This document shows positions 24,801 through 33,285 of a DNA stretch of 64,000 bases, piece after piece (position 1 is the stretch's first letter; every line of letters begins with the position of its first letter). The notes beneath the pieces are model-generated. The model was not told the DNA's origin. It saw only the letters and a list, made by a program, of their open reading frames with translations, and made no database searches. The position numbers and the translations under genes are program-made. The stretch is from Azolla caroliniana (lineage: Eukaryota; Plantae; Polypodiophyta): assembly GCA_043228905.1 (NCBI GenBank), contig JBHGNT010000017.1, forward strand, positions 15,314,001 to 15,378,000. The letters are read 5' to 3'.

Positions 24801-25475
24801 GAAGAAAGGTACCTTTCCGAAAGGGTACGCGAAGAGGAGCGGAATGCGAAACGTGAGGGCCAAGCAACGAGCACGGGAACGATGGTATGCTCTACGGCGA
24901 GAGAGCACGGCAAGCAAAGGGAAGGCGAAAAGTGCGTGATGGGGTCATCGAAGGACCGAAGCACGAGCACGCATTCGGAGGACAACACCGACGTACGGGG
25001 AAAGCCTACGGAAGGCAAGCGCGGAGCGAGAAGAGTCGGCACGACGAGGTGCGCGGCACGAAAAAGGCGGATCCGGAGGATATGCGAGGCGGACAAAGGG
25101 TCGGCAACGGCGTTCGGGAGGACCGAACGGGGAGGAAAGCGCGGGCATCGGATATGGCGGTCCGAGTGTAGTCGGTGGTTCGAGGAAACACGGTGGACGT
25201 GGCGGATCAGGTGGAGGCAACGACTCGGCGAGCATCGTCGAGTGTGGCGGATCGGATGGAGCCGACGGTTCGAGACCATTCGACGAAGATGGTGGGCCGG
25301 AAGGCGACGGTGGTTTGTATGGACGGGGTGGACTTGCTCGAAGTGGAAGACGAAGTCGGGCAAGCCCACGAGGTTGCCAAGGGCTCGGTTGGCCGCCTTG
25401 GCCGAAAATCTCGCGTTTTGTCCCCTTTTGGCACATACCGGTGGATGTGCGGTTAGGTGGGGGCGGATGTCGTGA
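21876..25475 (+). CDS. Gag-like N-terminus fused to a long repetitive acidic/Gly-rich region; no pol
   Basis: VGRFNGDDVPKFLRAY..KVLLFLKTV aligns with gag 30561-32570 (IGRFTGKDATKYLASY..RVLLFVKSV); repeated VATFHTPALE units. Confidence 0.75.
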   Translation: MKRRQGSMEMEEDFDFEEMVAKIMMEARRKKAKREAAQRAVERVVDRVGRFNGDDVPKFLRAYNVEMTEWDVDEAMRLDFFCRVAAVSRYEEVKELRQAHESWVSFEGALLEAYGYAEPEGRGRQEFERWAASARRHRGAMEAFREFERRFSQLSEWERRSVGADKVLLFLKTVHHEERKDIMFELQDDYGAHGLTEEWPEVERVCRQHDKRWSATTRPASGGEERAVGGYTPPPEESSMHDQPEEYDFEALVWEACEIVTAKIEAGRAYDGDMGEGAEQATLLPCGEATAMEAGNYGFGTRWPETSSREETSVGVATFHTPALEASAVGPSAGTRPRATDGGGGKADNRDEDETGEEEAAASILDACETEDGVATDDDVRMEVATDEKSGGVATFHTPVLETPAPGPRAGERPRVTDGGGGKAGNRNDDDMGEGAERATLSSCGEWTAKDEAGDYKAESATSKVGGRFGARRPKTSSGEEASGGVATFHTPALEASAVGPSAGTRPRTTGGGGGKAGKQNDAENGEEEVVASILEAYGIGDGGAADNDVRTKAATETTSGGAGSLPTPILEARMAGPSAGMRLSATGGDGGKAGNGNEKEDWSGQRQDPLTPGPETSAVVLECQRETRKMGGDREEVRPGESAYEDEYAGPGMGVYGGSDGEDRSGNEERVGNRPDRNTARKKKRVRAGEPGPNRRKPARPIGRLRLRLRLRWEPVSARWRLTGHDDHGSGEKRKQTRPSIPTLETTAVADQHKTGETAGGGEESEARAYEVTGTDIRYEMVDGWVQDGEPVSERATATKEEKTDTEVGSTAEERDEMHAIRPMEGQDTSMPTKEPHRATEDDGRITPSRGEYEEEGGDDKTWHDAREDWWEEVAYGEAKTGGHEDKAREGSSTPAIETPAVGASADVRPRVEDGGGEGTKATTDEGTERGIREVAENEDVCAQKNEHDITKDVCGRAGQEGQEGVPSSETEVGEERYLSERVREEERNAKREGQATSTGTMVCSTAREHGKQREGEKCVMGSSKDRSTSTHSEDNTDVRGKPTEGKRGARRVGTTRCAARKRRIRRICEADKGSATAFGRTERGGKRGHRIWRSECSRWFEETRWTWRIRWRQRLGEHRRVWRIGWSRRFETIRRRWWAGRRRWFVWTGWTCSKWKTKSGKPTRLPRARLAALAENLAFCPLLAHTGGCAVRWGRMS
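25451..25467 (+). promoter_or_regulatory. Polypurine tract of element 1
   Basis: GGTTAGGTGGGGGCGGA directly before LTR B; same sequence on minus at 26884-26900. Confidence 0.85.
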
Positions 25476-26138
25476 AGATTTTCGTCCGTAGGCGGAAACC
25501 CGAGCGAAGCAAGCAAACCCGCGATGTGCAACGTTGCACATCAACATGTTGTATTTCTATTTATCGATAGTGATAAGTATGGTGCTAGAAATGCACCTTA
25601 GGATTTGTAAAGTGTAAAGGTGATGTGCTTTTGCGCACACATCCACGTGAGAGAGAGAGATAGGTACATAGTAGTTCGTGTAGAGGTGGGAGTTAAGACC
25701 CATCCTTCCCACCTCCCCTAAAATCAAGGGAAATATCCCCATTGATTGAAAGGGGATATTTTGTAGCACCCTTTTTGTAAACGGTCTTCTCTCCTTGTGC
25801 TAGAAAAGGAGAGGAAGAGCACCATTGTGGGGGTTGCCTTTTTTTTTAGTGTGAGTGAGGTATACCATTTCGTTTAGGGTTCCTTAGTTAGGGTTTCTTG
25901 TGTCGTTTGGTGCGGCCTATGCGGCCACCATTGTTGTATTCATTCCTTAATAGAACTTCTTGTTGAGTATCTTGGCTCCATCTTCTTCTTCTTCTTCTTC
26001 TATCATAATGTCATATCCATTCTCTTCTCTCTCGAGCTAGTATTCCTTACGAGGTCTTAATCTTCCTCCTCCACTTCCTAGTCCGAGACCCCCGTGGTCC
26101 CGCCTCGGATCTACACGCAAGCGCGAAACATCGCGACA
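25468..26138 (+). repeat. LTR type B, copy 1 (671 bp), 3' LTR of element 1
   Basis: TG..CA; reverse complement of 32615-33285. Confidence 0.95.
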
Positions 26139-26150
26139 TCTTTGGTAAGA

Positions 26151-26883
26151 TGTCGGGGTTGCTACGCCCTTGCGTGTAGAAAGGAGGAGGGACCACGGGG
26201 GTCTCGAACCGAAGAGCAAGAGAGAGAGGAGTAAGAGAGAGAGACCCGATTACACAGAACCGAAGATCCGATTGCGCAGAACCGACAATTGCGCAGGGAC
26301 ACGGCCCAACAAACAGAGATCACAAATAAACGCCGACGCAGATGGACGCAACAACGAGAGATATGTACTTATGAATGCAAGAAAATAACAGACTAAAGCA
26401 TTACAACCCACAGTGGGGCACAAAAAAAAACAAAAAAAAAACAGATACTAACGAAACGAACAGGGCGGCGAACAGCTGCCGACCCCTGTATGTCGCGACG
26501 CACAGAAAAGGGAAAACAGGTCGGAGGTGCTGCAGGACGCACTCGGGGCGTTCCACGGAACAGCGCGAGCCTCCTCGAAACCTGCACAGGTACGCGATGG
26601 AGCAGAAGACAGAGAGAGCAGGAGTGAGAGAGAAGCTCCGAAATCGGTTCGGCAGCACTTCGTCCTCTCCCCGGGAGATGCCCCACTTCTATTCTTCCTC
26701 TTCCTTTTATAGCCCGTCAAGAGGCCGTTTGGCGTTAACTGCATACCCACCGAATCTACCCACCTAGGATCCTCGTATGTACCTACTTCGTCCTTAAGTA
26801 CTTCTTGGCGCGCGTGTGTGTGTAGAGCCGTTTCCCACGCCTTGTTCCTCCGATTCCTCTTGTGGGCGGTTTTCTTCACGACA
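26151..26883 (-). repeat. LTR type A, copy 2, 3' LTR of element 2
   Basis: Inverted copy of 21127-21859, preceded on minus by the PPT. Confidence 0.95.
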
Positions 26884-26955
26884 TCCGCCCCCACCTAACC
26901 GCGCATCCACCGGCATGCGCCAAATTAAGTTGGCACGGAGAAAACCGGCCCGCCT

Positions 26956-29900
26956 TTATTCTTCGCCTGCCGGCCCTTCCTCGGCCTCGGATCGGTCGTC
27001 GCTGCTGTCCAGGAGAATCGGGTCGGGTTCGTCGTCGTGCCGCTTCTTGAAAGCTTTGATCCTCTTCCCGGCCACGGGTATCGCTATTCTCGTACCGTCG
27101 AGCTCCGCCAGATGATACGTCCCGTTGTCGTTGGCGCTCTGTACCGTGTACGGCCCGAACCATCTCCGTGCGAACTTCCGCGTTGCTCGGTGCTGGTTGT
27201 CGAGGCTGCTGTCGTAGACGAGCACCCAGTCACCTTCGTCGATTTTCTTCGGTCGTAGCCGGTGCGTTCGGTCGAACCGGGCTTTGTTCTTTGTCCTCGC
27301 CACCCGGAGCTTCTCCGTAGCCAGTGCCACGTCCTCCGGTCTCCGCTCGAGCTGTCGTATACGTGCGGTCAACAACTCCTCCCGGCTCATCTCGTCCCTC
27401 CAGTCGACCGTTGCCCACGAGGAGATCGTCCGTTCAATCGGCATGATCGGCTTCTGGCCGAACATGAGCTCCGTCGGCATGTACCCGGTTACCGAACTGT
27501 GCGTGGTCCGGTCTGCCCACAAAGCATAAGGTAGCAGCCGGGGCCAGTTACCGACTCGGCCTCCGCATGCCCGAATCAACGCCTTGACGATCGGTCCGTG
27601 TCCGCGCTCCACCTTTCCATTCGCCTCCGGATTGTACGCAGTGGTGAGCGAGAGCTTGACTCCAAGCCGGTCGAACAGCTCCGCGGCCTCTTCGGCGTCC
27701 AACTCCCCTCGGTCAGCCACGATCTTCCCGACGCACCCGTACCGGCATATCACGTCCTCGACTAGGAACCGACACACGGCCGCGGTCGTCTTGTTCTGAA
27801 GGGCTCGGCCTTCCACCTGGTTCGTCAGGTCTTCCCGCGCTAGGACCAGATACCGCATCTGTCCTACCCCCATCGGCATCGTCACCAGATCTACCATCCA
27901 TTTGAAATGGATGGCCGGAGGGTACGTAGGGTGAAGCTCGTCTCGATGTCGGACTATGGAGTGCATCTGGCAGCTCTCGCAAGTTGTCACGAACCGATGC
28001 ACGTCCTGGTACAACCCCGGCCACCAGTACTTCCCCTTCAGCTTCTCAAATGTCGCCCACGTTCCACGGTGTCCAGCCCAAGGGCTGTCGTGGTAGGCCG
28101 CCAGTAGCTCCTCCTGTTCTTCCTTCATCGCCACCACCCGGAGCGGGACGCCGTTCCTCTTCTTCGGGTGCTTCCACAAATGCCCATCTCGGAGAAAGAA
28201 TCGATATGCTTTCTTCCGGATCCGGTTGGCCTCGTCCTTCGTCCATGACGCATCGGGCGTCATTGTCTTCAAAAACCCGCCGATCTGCAGCCACTCCCCG
28301 TCGTACTTGCTCGCGTCGAACTCGTTAAGCGCCGGAGTGCTCATCCCGTTGGTCGTTATGTATGCCGCCTCGAAGAAATCCACGCCGACTTCTTCGTCTT
28401 CCGAAACCATGCCGCCCTCGTCGTCGAACCTCGCCCTCGAAAGCATGTCGGCCATGGCGTTGTCTTTCCCGGAAATGTGTCGTATTTCCGGGTCCAGGGA
28501 CTTGATGTACGCTATCCATCTGAGCATCGCCAGGTCCGGAGTCGCGCATCCGGAAACCATACCGAGAATCGGCAGGCAATCCGTCTCGATGATCACTTCT
28601 GTCCCTATCAGGTAGTCTTTGTCGGCCTTAACCGCCGAAACAATACCCCAGAGTTCGCGTTTAACCTGGGCGTATCCTCGCTGCCGTTCACTGAGGACTT
28701 TCGCGCCGAATCGGATCGGAAACCGATTGCCGTCCTCGTCTTCCTGGTTCACGACCCATCCGATCCCAGTCGGACTGGTATCCACCGTTATGAATACCGG
28801 GGTACCCTTCCCGTATACCGCCTTCCGGAGTGCCGGTGCCGCTGCAAGGGCCTCTTTCAGCTCCCGGACCGATTCCGCGTGCTCGTCTAGCCATTCGAAC
28901 CTTCGCCCCTTTTTCAGCAACCCGTACAGTGGCTCCGCGACGTGTGCGTAATGCGGGATCCATATGTGGTAGAACGCGCATGCCCCCAGGAATCTCCGTA
29001 CTTCCGTGACCGAGCTGCAGTCGGGCTTCATCGCGGAGATGGCTTCTACCTTTGCCGGAGACGGTTTCCGGCCATATGGTCCGCACAGGTGTCCGACCAC
29101 CATGATTTCTGACTGCCCGAAGGCCGACTTCTCCCCGGAGAAGGTGAGTCTCGCATCCTCTAGCCTTTGCAGCACCTTCTCGCAGTCGTCGATGTGCGTC
29201 GCCACGAATCGCCGGCATCCGTCCGGCCCGATCGTCTCGTCCTTTTCTTCCACCGGGCATCCCTTGATCGGGATGTCGTCCAGAAACGGCATGGTGATGT
29301 CCGGGATACAGTCCCTCAGAACCTTGTTCATCGCATTCACCATGTGGGCCACCGAGTTGGTCCCTCCTTGCGGCAGTGTACACATCCGAACTAGGCCGAG
29401 GGGAGTTCGCATCGTCGTAATGTCTCTGCTCTCCACGGCTAGCTGGAACTGGTCGTACCCTGAGTATAGATCCCCGACCGAGTAAATTGACCTTCCGGCG
29501 AAGGCCTCCGCGAACTCGTCTATGGTCGGTCCGATCCCAGCGTTCCGAATGGTCACTCGATTGACCGGCTGCAGGTCCTGGATGAAACGCAACGAACCGT
29601 TTTTCTTCGGCACGGTAAACCATCGATTCGAATATGGGGCGCTCGACGGCTCGAGAATTCCCATATCAACTTTCTGCCTCAGCAGCTCCATCAACTTTGG
29701 GATGTGAGCTCTCGGAACCGGGATTGGCTTGAGATTCCATGGTACATGCGGTACCGTGAATATCACCATCGGCTCCACGATCGTCGGGTCAACGCACCCG
29801 ATTTCCTCCGGCGAGAATGCGAAGGCTCTCCCGTGCCTTCCGAGCATTCTCCGAAACCGGTCTTCCTCCGCCGGCAGTAGGAACCCGCCCCCACCGATTT

Positions 29901-30453
29901 TGAGCTCTCGGAGCGTCTCGTCGGTGAAGGTGTGCCCTATGCAGGCCGGATCTCGTAGACTAGGGTCCGATGCAACCCCTTTGATTCTCGACGCGCTGTC
30001 CTCCGGTAAGGGTGCCGCGACCGGCCTTACCTTCCGGTCCACAGTCTTGTACTTGGTGCTTACGTGGGCCGTCCGAACTGACTCGAGCCCTCGACCGAAG
30101 TCCGCGATGACTTCGTACATCTCCTCGGAACACACCGGTATCGTCCGGTCTTCGTTAAGGCCTTCTTCGACTACTTTTCCCAGCATTCCCAAGGTGTCGT
30201 CGAATGAGACCGCCTCCACGGCTCCGTTGATTTCCTCGTCCGGGCCGAGAACTCCGCACGCTCGAAGCCTCCCCTCCGCCTTTGTCTTTTCTCGGCCGCC
30301 GATGCCGACCATCGTACACGCTCCGCTGTCGGAGAACAAAATTTCCCTACCTATGGTACAAGGTTTCTTCGGTTTTATCGTACAGGTGTGGGGTTTTCCC
30401 GGGGTGTCCGGACTGTCGCGGCCCCACGCCTTGGCAGCCCTCTCTAAAAATCC
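26956..30453 (-). CDS. pol: Gypsy Pol (RT-RNase H-integrase), open frame reached by -1 frameshift
   Basis: RT DLYSGYDQ..LPQGGTNS..FLDD; RH TVDTSP..KREL..ETD; integrase H-H-C-C, MVDL..VADRG..PEANGKVER, GPY; frame open from 30453. Confidence 0.95.
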   Translation of the reverse strand, partial: GFLERAAKAWGRDSPDTPGKPHTCTIKPKKPCTIGREILFSDSGACTMVGIGGREKTKAEGRLRACGVLGPDEEINGAVEAVSFDDTLGMLGKVVEEGLNEDRTIPVCSEEMYEVIADFGRGLESVRTAHVSTKYKTVDRKVRPVAAPLPEDSASRIKGVASDPSLRDPACIGHTFTDETLRELKIGGGGFLLPAEEDRFRRMLGRHGRAFAFSPEEIGCVDPTIVEPMVIFTVPHVPWNLKPIPVPRAHIPKLMELLRQKVDMGILEPSSAPYSNRWFTVPKKNGSLRFIQDLQPVNRVTIRNAGIGPTIDEFAEAFAGRSIYSVGDLYSGYDQFQLAVESRDITTMRTPLGLVRMCTLPQGGTNSVAHMVNAMNKVLRDCIPDITMPFLDDIPIKGCPVEEKDETIGPDGCRRFVATHIDDCEKVLQRLEDARLTFSGEKSAFGQSEIMVVGHLCGPYGRKPSPAKVEAISAMKPDCSSVTEVRRFLGACAFYHIWIPHYAHVAEPLYGLLKKGRRFEWLDEHAESVRELKEALAAAPALRKAVYGKGTPVFITVDTSPTGIGWVVNQEDEDGNRFPIRFGAKVLSERQRGYAQVKRELWGIVSAVKADKDYLIGTEVIIETDCLPILGMVSGCATPDLAMLRWIAYIKSLDPEIRHISGKDNAMADMLSRARFDDEGGMVSEDEEVGVDFFEAAYITTNGMSTPALNEFDASKYDGEWLQIGGFLKTMTPDASWTKDEANRIRKKAYRFFLRDGHLWKHPKKRNGVPLRVVAMKEEQEELLAAYHDSPWAGHRGTWATFEKLKGKYWWPGLYQDVHRFVTTCESCQMHSIVRHRDELHPTYPPAIHFKWMVDLVTMPMGVGQMRYLVLAREDLTNQVEGRALQNKTTAAVCRFLVEDVICRYGCVGKIVADRGELDAEEAAELFDRLGVKLSLTTAYNPEANGKVERGHGPIVKALIRACGGRVGNWPRLLPYALWADRTTHSSVTGYMPTELMFGQKPIMPIERTISSWATVDWRDEMSREELLTARIRQLERRPEDVALATEKLRVARTKNKARFDRTHRLRPKKIDEGDWVLVYDSSLDNQHRATRKFARRWFGPYTVQSANDNGTYHLAELDGTRIAIPVAGKRIKAFKKRHDDEPDPILLDSSDDRSEAEEGPAGEE

Positions 30454-32570
30454 TCTCGGTTATCGGAACCGAGGGAGTCGCGGTTACGCTCGTGGTTCGG
30501 CCTAACCGTCAAAAACTGGACCGAATGGCGCCCGTCCTGGCTCTTGACCCGCGCATAGGCCTAACCGTTGTCCAGCACCTTGGTCTCCATTCGAGCCGCC
30601 GTGATGTACGGCTCTCCCAGTATGACGGGGTGCGATGACGACTCCTGCACGAAGAAGTGCTGGTCTATCTCGACATCGCCGATCTTGACCCGTACATTCG
30701 GGCAGGCCCCGTGAAGTTCCTCGGTGGCGCGCGTCGCCGCCCTTATCTTCCACCCGTGCTTGGTGTTGATCGGCCATTTGCCCTTCTTATAGAAGTCCAT
30801 GGACATCAGGTTGATTTCCGATCCGTGGTCCACCAAAGCTACTACCGGTTCCTGGACATCGCCGATCTTTACCGGGGTTTCCGTGGTCGCTCGGGCCCAG
30901 TGTGGCCGCGAATAGTGGCTCTCCGCCCACTCGTCTTCCAGCGCCATGTCGTCCAGGTGCGTCGTCCGCACTTCCACCGGACTTTCCGGTTCTGTCTCGG
31001 TTGACAGCCTCTTCCGTTTCACCAAGTCCACGATGGAGTCGTGGAACTCCTTCTTGGCGATTCCCAGCACCTCCCGTAGCGACAGCTCCACCTTGCTGTC
31101 GAGGATCCGTTCCTCCAGGACCTTCCGTAAGTCCGTGGTTCTTTCTATCTCCGTCCCCAGACGGTATCCGCCCTTCTGGGGTTTACCTTGCGTACCGGCC
31201 CCGCCGGCTTCGTCCCGTCGTGGCCCGGACCGGGTCTCGTATCGTTGTGAGGGCCCGGTCGTCCCGGGTTTCCCCACCCGCTTCTCTTCTACCAGAGCCT
31301 CGTAGTTCCGGCAAGCGGCTTCCACGAAGCCCGTCTTTTCCTCGACCGGGTCGCTCCACCCGGTCATCTCCCGCACCCGTTTCTCCGCACGGTCCGATTC
31401 CTCCCTTTTAAGCCTTGCACCGGCAAGGCCTTCTAGCATCGTCGGCCAGAATCCGGCTTTGCTTTCCTTTCGGGCCTCGCCGCCCCCGACTCGAATGCCG
31501 GCCGACGCCGAGTAGTGGACGGTTTCCGCATGTCGGGCCGCCGCCTCTTCCATCAACCTCTTCATTCCGCCTCGCCCGTCGTTTCGGTTTAGGGCCCTTC
31601 TCGTGTCGTTGGCGTGAACCCGGCCTTCCCATAGGTACACCACCCGGTTCCTCAGCGCCTCTGCGAAATCGCCGCAGTCTTTTCGGATGTGGCCGACCCC
31701 GTCACACCACATGCACCTGTTCCCTGCCGCCGGCCGTCGGTCACGAGCAGGTCCTCCGCCTTCTCTGCGGGCTTGTGCGATTTGGAGGTCTTTTATCGCC
31801 CTCGTCAGTTCCTCCAACGCAGCTCCCCCAGTCGAGCCTCCGATCACGCCGGTCGGAGCCGAACCGGATTCCAGCCACTCCCGAGTCTCTTCCCTTCGCA
31901 CCGGCTGCGCCGGCTCGAGTTTCCTCGCCGCAACTGAGCCCGACCCGGTTGCTCTGTCATCCTCCCATTCTCGCCGTTTGTCGAAACGGCCGCAGGCTCT
32001 CTTGACCGCCGCCCAGTCAGTTGTCAGCCCATCTTCGGTTTCTAGCAGGGCGCCCACGTGACTCCGATCCCTCTCGTCAACCGATTTGACGAACAGCAGG
32101 ACCCGGCTTGTATCCAGGACCATCCTGTCAAGCGCCGAAAGGCGCGCGAAGTTCTCCTCGAACTCCCGGAGGAGTGCCGACGCATTCCTTCCCTTCCCGG
32201 GAGACTCCACCCACTCCATGAAGCTTCGCTTCGAAAGCCGGAGCGCGTCGTCCAGTCCGTATTTTTCCAGGAGCCGACCTTCGAACTCCTCCCAGGTACG
32301 GCTCTCCGCCCGCACCTCGAGCACCTCCGCGTGGATGCTCGGCATCGCCACTCGGGGAAAACCGGCCAGACGCCTGTCTTCCGGAATGTCCCGCATTAAC
32401 ATTTCCGCACCGTAGGACGCCAGGTACTTCGTGGCATCTTTTCCGGTGAATCGACCGATCGTTCCGACGACCGCCTCAATAGCTCTATCGAGGGCGCCGG
32501 TGCCCTCGCGCGCGCTTACTATCCGATCCACGGCCGAAGCCATGGCCTCTGCAAGATCCGCCCCCTTCAT
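30444..32570 (-). CDS. gag: Gag-protease; in-frame TAG at 30561-30563 just before the natural end
   Basis: Zinc knuckle CMWCDGVGHIRKDC, protease ALVDHGSEIN..ILGEPY; frame continues AYARVKS..REDF* to 30444. Confidence 0.9.
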
Positions 32571-32592
32571 TTCCTACTCTTCTGCCGCCTCT

Positions 32593-32610
32593 TTCACGTC
32601 GGGTTCACCA
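32593..32610 (-). promoter_or_regulatory. PBS tRNA-Trp of element 2
   Basis: TTCACGTCGGGTTCACCA on plus, 4 nt from LTR B. Confidence 0.88.
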
Positions 32611-32614
32611 AAGA

Positions 32615-33285
32615 TGTCGCGATGTTTCGCGCTTGCGTGTAGATCCGAGGCGGGACCACGGGGGTCTCGGACTAGGAAGTGGAGGAGGAAGATTAAGACC
32701 TCGTAAGGAATACTAGCTCGAGAGAGAAGAGAATGGATATGACATTATGATAGAAGAAGAAGAAGAAGAAGATGGAGCCAAGATACTCAACAAGAAGTTC
32801 TATTAAGGAATGAATACAACAATGGTGGCCGCATAGGCCGCACCAAACGACACAAGAAACCCTAACTAAGGAACCCTAAACGAAATGGTATACCTCACTC
32901 ACACTAAAAAAAAAGGCAACCCCCACAATGGTGCTCTTCCTCTCCTTTTCTAGCACAAGGAGAGAAGACCGTTTACAAAAAGGGTGCTACAAAATATCCC
33001 CTTTCAATCAATGGGGATATTTCCCTTGATTTTAGGGGAGGTGGGAAGGATGGGTCTTAACTCCCACCTCTACACGAACTACTATGTACCTATCTCTCTC
33101 TCTCACGTGGATGTGTGCGCAAAAGCACATCACCTTTACACTTTACAAATCCTAAGGTGCATTTCTAGCACCATACTTATCACTATCGATAAATAGAAAT
33201 ACAACATGTTGATGTGCAACGTTGCACATCGCGGGTTTGCTTGCTTCGCTCGGGTTTCCGCCTACGGACGAAAATCTTCACGACA
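32615..33285 (-). repeat. LTR type B, copy 2, 5' LTR of element 2
   Basis: Inverted copy of 25468-26138. Confidence 0.95.

Larger units (their letters stand above)
21127..33285. mobile_element. Composite insertion: tail-to-tail heterodimer of two tRNA-Trp-primed gypsy (Phygy-like) elements
   Basis: Ends TGTCGTGAAGA...TCTTCACGACA; single 4-bp TSD ACGG (21123-21126 / 33286-33289); four LTRs, two PBS, two PPT. Confidence 0.92.

Noticed and set aside
24108-25547. Long antisense ORFs (269, 342, 200 aa)
   Set aside because: GC-rich shadow frames with no recognisable motifs
25872-25895. TTTAGGG/TTAGGG words in LTR B
   Set aside because: Isolated, not tandem; at most telo-box-like
32593-32610. tRNA-Trp gene
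   Set aside because: Only the 3' 18 nt including CCA, adjacent to an LTR, so it is a PBS
21127-33285. DIRS-like or DNA-transposon reading of the inverted termini and internal complementary repeats
   Set aside because: It encodes a DDE integrase, two tRNA PBS and two PPTs and has a TSD; no tyrosine recombinase or transposase
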